This document shows, piece by piece, positions 26,841 to 32,000 of a DNA stretch of 32,000 bases (the first letter of the stretch is position 1; every line of letters starts with the position of its first letter). This stretch comes from an uncultured Acidobacteriota bacterium (GTDB taxonomy: Bacteria > Acidobacteriota > Thermoanaerobaculia > Thermoanaerobaculales > Thermoanaerobaculaceae), in assembly GCA_963725705.1 (NCBI GenBank), contig CAVRZJ010000011.1:63862-95861 (forward strand), in the 5' to 3' direction. Under the pieces are notes generated by a model. It saw nothing but the letters and a program-made list of their open reading frames with translations, made no database searches and was not told the DNA's origin. A program made the position numbers and the translations under genes.

Positions 26841-26868
26841 GGGCCGCAATCCTCGCGGCCCCGTTTTC
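26841..26868 (+). terminator. Rho-independent terminator after tRNA-Pro
   Basis: GGGCCGC (26841-26847), a 7-nt loop, GCGGCCC (26855-26861), followed by CGTTTTC. Confidence 0.6.
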
Positions 26869-26903
26869 GTGAAGCTTCGAGCAGCGAGAGTACTCTTGGG
26901 TCT

Positions 26904-28208
26904 GTGCCAACTGCCGGCCCCCGGCGCCGAAAGCCGCTGCGTCTCTTCGTGATCATCCTCCTCTCGGTCGTCGCGGGTTACGTGCTCGCCATAACCGTCG
27001 CAAAGTCGGGCGCCCCGAAGCAGACGGTCTACGAGCTGCCGCACGGCTTCACGGTGAGCGATCCGACGTTCCTGCCGTCGGCGCTGCCGGGCCCGTCGAT
27101 GACCTCCGGCAACCGGCTCGAGCTTCTCGAGAACGGCGACGCGGTCTTCCCGGCCATGCTGGCCGCCATCTCCTCCGCTCGCAGGACCGTGAACTTCGAG
27201 GCGTACATCTTCTGGTCGGGCGAGGTGGGCACGCAATTTCGCGACGCGCTCGCCGAACGGGCCGCGCACGGCGTCGCGGTGCGCGTGCTGCTCGACGCCG
27301 TTGGCTCGTCGGGCCCGCGCCTGGAGGCGAGCGACGTCGACACGATGCGCCGCGCCGGCTGTCACGTGGAGTTCTTCCACTCGAAGAAGCCGTGGATGGT
27401 CTGGGTGCTGAACCATCGCAACCACCGGCGGGTTCTGGTGGTGGACGGAACGGTCGGTTTCACGGGCGGCGTGGGGTTCGCCGATCAGTGGCGAGGCGAC
27501 GCGGATTCCCGCGACCACTGGCGCGACACCCAGGTGCGTGTTGAGGGACCTGCCGTCCGCGGTCTCCAACGCGCGTTCCAGGAGAACTGGTCGGAGGTGA
27601 CGGGCGAGCCGCTGGTCGGCGACGAGTTCTTTCCCGCCCTCCCACAGGTCGGCTCGACCTCGGCCGCCGTCGTGCCGTCGTCACCGCTCGCGGCGATGTC
27701 GGGCGCGGGACGTGTCTACGCGATCTCGCTCGCCGCCGCCGCGAAGGAGATCTGGATCGCCAACTCCTACTTCCTGCCGGACGAAACGACGGCCGATCTC
27801 CTCATCGCCGCCGTGAAGAGGGGCGTTGACGTGCGGGTGATGATCCCGTCGGACGAGCACGTCGACGTGCCGGCGACGAAGGCGGCGGGACGCTCGTTCT
27901 CCGGGCCGCTGCTCGCGGGAGGCGTGAAGATCTTCGAGTTCCAGCCGACGATGTTCCACCTGAAGACGATGGTCGTCGACGGGATCTTTGCCACGGTGGG
28001 ATCGGCGAACTTCGACGAACGGTCGTTCCATCTGAACGAGGAGGTCAACCTCTTCGTGTACGACGCCGCGTTCGCCGGGCTGATGAGAGAACGCTTCCTG
28101 CGCGACCAGTCGCGCTGCCGCCCGTACACGACCGCGATGTGGAATGCGCGCCTGCTGAAGAAGCGGGTGACGGAATGGCTCATGGGCCCCTTCCGGTCGC
28201 AGCTCTAG
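26904..28208 (+). CDS. Phospholipase D superfamily protein, cardiolipin-synthase-like, N-terminal TM anchor, two HKD-type motifs
   Basis: GTG 26904 is the first plausible start after the tRNA (the track ORF runs through the tRNA). RRRKPLRLFVIILLSVVAGYVLAI anchor. Motif 1 is NHRRVLVVDG (Lys replaced by Arg). Motif 2 is FHLKTMVVDG...GSANFDERS. Confidence 0.8.
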   Translation: MPTAGPRRRKPLRLFVIILLSVVAGYVLAITVAKSGAPKQTVYELPHGFTVSDPTFLPSALPGPSMTSGNRLELLENGDAVFPAMLAAISSARRTVNFEAYIFWSGEVGTQFRDALAERAAHGVAVRVLLDAVGSSGPRLEASDVDTMRRAGCHVEFFHSKKPWMVWVLNHRNHRRVLVVDGTVGFTGGVGFADQWRGDADSRDHWRDTQVRVEGPAVRGLQRAFQENWSEVTGEPLVGDEFFPALPQVGSTSAAVVPSSPLAAMSGAGRVYAISLAAAAKEIWIANSYFLPDETTADLLIAAVKRGVDVRVMIPSDEHVDVPATKAAGRSFSGPLLAGGVKIFEFQPTMFHLKTMVVDGIFATVGSANFDERSFHLNEEVNLFVYDAAFAGLMRERFLRDQSRCRPYTTAMWNARLLKKRVTEWLMGPFRSQL

Positions 28209-28291
28209 CTCGGCCCGCGTCGGGCCGCCCGCCCAACCCCCGAACGATCGAATCCCGCCGTCCCGACCACGTCGTCTGCCAAGGGAGACTG

Positions 28292-28328
28292 GGCGCCGCA
28301 CCGGGGATGAACCGGTGCGGCGCCTTTC
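28292..28328 (+). terminator. Strong hairpin terminator between convergent genes
   Basis: Perfect 13-bp stem GGCGCCGCACCGG / CCGGTGCGGCGCC with a 7-nt loop, followed by TTTC on the + strand. Lies between the cls-like stop (28208) and the acylase stop (28341). Confidence 0.6.
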
Positions 28329-28340
28329 ACGTGGTGGGTG

Positions 28341-31300
28341 CTACGGGAACAGCGGGAACGGCCGTGGCGCGAAGGTGTCGTAGAACGGCGACATCGTGAA
28401 GAAGTTCGCGTCGAAGACGGGGTTGCCTAGCGGCCCCATGCGGATGTCGCCGGACTCGCCGAGCGGGAACATGCTCTCGATGCGCACCGGCCCGTTGGGA
28501 CCGTACTCGATGCAATGGGCGTAGGTCGAGCGGTCGCTGTACGGCGCGCTGTGGACGGCGCCGATCAGTTGGTGCGACATGACGATCTGGCCGCGATCCA
28601 CGTTCCACGGCTGCGCTCCCAGCTTCGCGAGCGCGTTGTCGAGCGCGAGCACGATGAGCTGCTGCGGGTCGGTTGGCTTTCCCGATGCCGAGCGGTCCTG
28701 GAACCAGTCGTACTTGTTCACCACGCCGGAGGAGCTGCCGGCGAACGCGTGCAGCAGCACGTTGACGAGGTGGGGGTCGGCAGCAACGGACGCCCCGAGC
28801 TCGTCGCCGAACACCAGCGTGACGAGCTGGCTGATCCACTCGCCCTCGAGCACCCAGGCGTCGGCGCGCAGCGTGCCGGAGGCCCACGCCGCCGCGCCGC
28901 CGGCGACGAAATGCTGGTCCCACGCCTGCATCATGGCGAGTGCCGCGTTGCGCGCGTCGCTCGGGTTGGCCTGGACGGCCGCGGTGAAGTACGGCGCGAA
29001 GAACTTCCAGGCCACGCCGCCGGCCAGCGCCTTGTAGTCCGTGGTCGCCACCGAGAGGGCGAGATCGCGCACCTCCTCGAACGTCAGGTCGTCGTGCGTG
29101 GAGAGGTAGTCGGTGACCACCTGGGCGCGGTGAGCGGTCCCGAACGCCCAGTTGTTCCAGTTGAACCCCTCGGAGTAAGAGGGGTTGGACTTGTTGTTCC
29201 AGCCGCCGTAGAACCCCTGAGCATTGTTGCGGTCGGTCGAACGGGGCTTGAGCGTGATCGGCTGCGGCCACTCCTGGGTGCCGTCGCCGCGCAGCGGCAG
29301 CCGGGGGTCGGAGCCGGCGGCGCGGACGGGGTCGAGCCCCGACAGCCAGTAGGCGATGTTGCCGTCGCGGTCGGCGTACTCGAAGTGGAAGCTGCACGCG
29401 AACGTGTCGATCGCCTGGCCGAACGCGTCCATACTCTGGACGCGCGGCAGCGCGAGGAACGACTCCATGTCCGCGAGCTCCTTGCCCCATTGCGAGTACT
29501 TCCACGACACCACGTAGCCGCTGGCGGGGTTGGGATCGAACGGCATCGGGTCGACGATCGGCCCGTGCGGGGTGCGGAAGACCGGCAGCGTGACCGGCGC
29601 CGCTCCGGCGACGTTGATCGTCTCGACACGGTGAAGCGTGGCCGCCGATGGCGGGTCGAGGTAGAAGTCGACCGTGTGGGCGTGGCCGGTCTGCATCGCC
29701 CACGCGTGGTGCGGGGTGCGGCCGATGATGATCCCGGGAATGCCGGGCACGGTCATGCCCGAGATGGCCATGCCGCCGCCGATGATCGAGCCTTCGGTGA
29801 CGATCGACGGGACGGAGGAGTTGCCCATCTGCGGGCCCGAGTAGATGATCGGGTGACCCGAGGCGGTCTTCGTTCCGGAGACCACCCAACCGTAGCTGCC
29901 GAACTTGACGTAGGCGTTGATCCGTTTCAGGTTGTCGATCACCGCGTCGTGCCGCGCGTCGATGCGGGCGGCGGCAGCACGCAGGTCTGGCAGCTTGCTT
30001 GCGGTGGCCGCGAGGGAGGGCAAGGCCGAGGCCACGGACGCGTCGGCGACAGTGCTGGGCAAGCTGCGCGGGATGTAGGTGACCGCGGTCGGGTCGTCGA
30101 GCCAGCGCAGGTCGTCGAACATGTTCATCGCGTCGGCCGGGAACGTCGCGGCGAGCGTCTGCAGCAGCGCCGCATTGGCGAGCTCGCCGGTGCCGCTGCC
30201 CTCACCGTCGAAGTTGTGCTGCAGCGCGGCGAGCCAGGCGAGCAGGTCGGTGACCGTCCAGGGAGCCGGCACGAACTGGGCGTGGAGCAGGGAGCCGATC
30301 GCCCAGAACTCGAACGGGAGCTTGGAGGGATCCTGAGTGACCTCCGAGATCCGCCGGTTGAAGCCATCGGCGTAGGCCTTCATGACGGTCCGCGACTCGA
30401 GGTTGAGCGCGTCGTACGCGGCCTGCAGCTCCTGCTCGGAGTAGCCGAGCGTGCGCATGAGCACGTCGGTCGCGAGCTGGCTCGAGCCGAAGATCTCCGC
30501 GAGCGTGCCGCGCGACTGCCGGCGGTAGAGCTCCGCCTGCCAGAGCCTGTCGGTGGCCACGGCGAATCCCATCGCCTCGTAGACGTCGTAGAGCGTGCCG
30601 CCGGTGATGAACCACGCGCCCTGACCGTCGCGGAACGTCTGCACCGGGATCACCTGCGTGGTGTCGGCGCTCGCGGCGCCGTACACGAGATACGCGTCGT
30701 TGGATGAGTTGACCACCACCGTCATGTAGGAGAACGCGCTGCCGTCGCAGCCGGCCGCACAGCGGACCGCGACGGATCCGGCGCCTGTCCCCTGCGCGTT
30801 GGCGCGGAGCTGGATGACGGCGCCGGCCGGCACCTCCTCGTTGGCGGAGCTGACGACGCCGCCGGTCGAGTCGAGGGCATCGACGACGAACTGTTGGGCC
30901 GCTGCCCCGGAGTTGGCCAGCCCGACGTTGACCCGGAAGCCGGCGGCGTCCATCGGCGCCGGCAGGATCACCCGGCCGTTGGTCTGGAAACCTGATCCCG
31001 GCGCGAGCGAGCCGGTGCCCTGTCCGTACGTCCTGGAACCCTGCGTGGTCAACGTCCTGGTGCTGACGATGACGGGCTGCGTGGAGTCCCAGGTCATCAC
31101 GTACTTACCTTCGGGAATCGCGGCGTTGACCGCGTGCACCACGTCGTTGACCTGGCTGGCGCCGCGCGGCGCGGGCAGGACGATCTGCGTCGTCCAGCTC
31201 GCCCCGACAGGGTTGCGGATGGTGAGCCGCACCTGCGCGGCCGTTGCGCCGGCGGTCTGCGTGATATAGACGTCACTGGTCCAGAAGCTGCCGTTCGCCC

Positions 31301-31424
31301 CTTTGAGGTGGGCGACGACGGGGACCACCCCGCTTGCCATCGGTTGCAGCGTCTGGCCCGCCAACGGCGAGCCCATCGCCAGTCCCAGGAGAAGAGTCAA
31401 TGTGAGAATCCTCGCTTGCCTCAT
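28341..31424 (-). CDS. Secreted Ntn-hydrolase of the penicillin/AHL acylase family (peptidase S45) with an extra about 230-aa N-terminal beta-rich domain
   Basis: GGAGGA RBS. Signal peptide MRQARILTLTLLLGLAMGSPLAG. Alpha-subunit-like MGFAVATDRLWQAELYRRQSRGTLAEIFG. Likely autoprocessing site and nucleophile at FG-SYGWVVSG, then IIYSGPQMG and HHAWAMQTGHAHTVDFY. Confidence 0.85.
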   Translation of the reverse strand: MRQARILTLTLLLGLAMGSPLAGQTLQPMASGVVPVVAHLKGANGSFWTSDVYITQTAGATAAQVRLTIRNPVGASWTTQIVLPAPRGASQVNDVVHAVNAAIPEGKYVMTWDSTQPVIVSTRTLTTQGSRTYGQGTGSLAPGSGFQTNGRVILPAPMDAAGFRVNVGLANSGAAAQQFVVDALDSTGGVVSSANEEVPAGAVIQLRANAQGTGAGSVAVRCAAGCDGSAFSYMTVVVNSSNDAYLVYGAASADTTQVIPVQTFRDGQGAWFITGGTLYDVYEAMGFAVATDRLWQAELYRRQSRGTLAEIFGSSQLATDVLMRTLGYSEQELQAAYDALNLESRTVMKAYADGFNRRISEVTQDPSKLPFEFWAIGSLLHAQFVPAPWTVTDLLAWLAALQHNFDGEGSGTGELANAALLQTLAATFPADAMNMFDDLRWLDDPTAVTYIPRSLPSTVADASVASALPSLAATASKLPDLRAAAARIDARHDAVIDNLKRINAYVKFGSYGWVVSGTKTASGHPIIYSGPQMGNSSVPSIVTEGSIIGGGMAISGMTVPGIPGIIIGRTPHHAWAMQTGHAHTVDFYLDPPSAATLHRVETINVAGAAPVTLPVFRTPHGPIVDPMPFDPNPASGYVVSWKYSQWGKELADMESFLALPRVQSMDAFGQAIDTFACSFHFEYADRDGNIAYWLSGLDPVRAAGSDPRLPLRGDGTQEWPQPITLKPRSTDRNNAQGFYGGWNNKSNPSYSEGFNWNNWAFGTAHRAQVVTDYLSTHDDLTFEEVRDLALSVATTDYKALAGGVAWKFFAPYFTAAVQANPSDARNAALAMMQAWDQHFVAGGAAAWASGTLRADAWVLEGEWISQLVTLVFGDELGASVAADPHLVNVLLHAFAGSSSGVVNKYDWFQDRSASGKPTDPQQLIVLALDNALAKLGAQPWNVDRGQIVMSHQLIGAVHSAPYSDRSTYAHCIEYGPNGPVRIESMFPLGESGDIRMGPLGNPVFDANFFTMSPFYDTFAPRPFPLFP

Positions 31425-31820
31425 GTCGTCCTCCAGATCTCGTTGAGTCGTGCTCAGACGGCCTGTCGTAGTCTCGAACTGTAACCTTCCGGCCGGTTCG
31501 CCGGCGGCGAGCGCTCGGCCCGGATCGACTGGTGGCGAACGCTACAGCTCGACCGCTGGACGGTCTCGGCGCTGACGCATGTCATGAACTCCCCCCGTCG
31601 TGTCGCCGCTCTAGTATGAGACTCTCAACCACTCCTGTCGACCATTCATCCGTCTCATCCCACGTGCCGGGTGACTTCCGGCGACGGTCGCGTGGATGCG
31701 CGCCTGACGCGGCCCGGAATGAACGTCCGCCGGACCCGGTTGTGGGCGGGTGTTCATGGACAGCGGTGGGGACGGATGAAGTGCCCCCCGGAATCGCCAC
31801 ATGGAGCGCAGGGGAAGGCT

Positions 31821-32000
31821 ATGACGAATCGAGTGCAAGTGGCATTGGCCGTAGTCGTTCTCGGGGTGACGCTGATGGGGTGCGGTGCCCCGGTCCAGGC
31901 GCCGCCGCCGGCGCCGGAAGTCACGGTCGCGCCGGTGATCCAGCGTGACATCCGCGAGTGGGACGAGCTGACGGGACGCCTCGAGGCAGTGGACTCCGTC
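31821..32000 (+). CDS. RND efflux periplasmic adaptor (MFP) lipoprotein, 5' fragment running off the window
   Basis: GGGGAAGG RBS. MTNRVQVALAVVVLGVTLMGC lipobox. PEVTVAPVIQRDIREWDELTGRLEAVDSV is the typical AcrA/MexA-family N-terminus. Open to the window end. Confidence 0.7.
   Translation, partial: MTNRVQVALAVVVLGVTLMGCGAPVQAPPPAPEVTVAPVIQRDIREWDELTGRLEAVDSV

Noticed and set aside
31425-31820. 396-bp divergent intergenic region with a short inverted repeat ATGAGAC/GTCTCAT (about 31615 and 31651), considered as a riboswitch or sRNA.
   Set aside because: There is only a 7-bp stem with a long loop. No recognisable riboswitch core or terminator-antiterminator pair could be identified by eye. 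It is probably ordinary divergent promoter space.

Overview
High-GC bacterial chromosomal segment; the taxon cannot be assigned from sequence alone. The first 21 kb is a hydrogen-metabolism neighbourhood. (1) 1-5.4 kb holds a group-4, Hyc/Hyf-like membrane-bound [NiFe]-hydrogenase module: large subunit, NuoH-like, 2x[4Fe-4S] ferredoxin, HyfE-like, antiporter-like and NuoB-like small subunit. Its reading frames are broken by roughly thirty single-base frame changes. (2) Next is a stand-alone receiver protein and an intact membrane histidine kinase carrying the RegB-type GGxxNPF quinone-site motif. (3) After a lower-GC promoter region comes an intact Hyb-type (group 1c-like) uptake hydrogenase operon in E. 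coli hyb order (small-HybA-HybB-large-protease), plus a translationally coupled unknown 4-TM protein. (4) A convergent SDR epimerase/dehydratase carries an unexplained C-terminal helical domain. (5) hypABFCDE follows, with a second cluster of frame changes confined to the hypF 3' third, hypC and hypD. The remainder is mostly housekeeping or envelope genes: a REP-like repeat cluster, a LAB_N membrane protein with a GT2 glycosyltransferase, a class-I glutamine amidotransferase, der, an MglA-family GTPase with a long Pro/Glu-rich tail, MerR, tRNA-Pro(GGG), a PLD/cardiolipin-synthase-like protein, a 1027-aa secreted S45 (penicillin/AHL-acylase family) protein with an extra N-terminal domain, and the start of an RND efflux adaptor. 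I found no CRISPR array, mobile element, or obvious defence or toxin system. The most unusual signals are the two indel clusters (most likely assembly artefact, but this needs read-level checking), an identical G-quadruplex-capable heptamer tandem repeat at two loci, the RegB-like kinase between two hydrogenases, and several uncharacterised domain fusions. None is strong evidence for a wholly new system.
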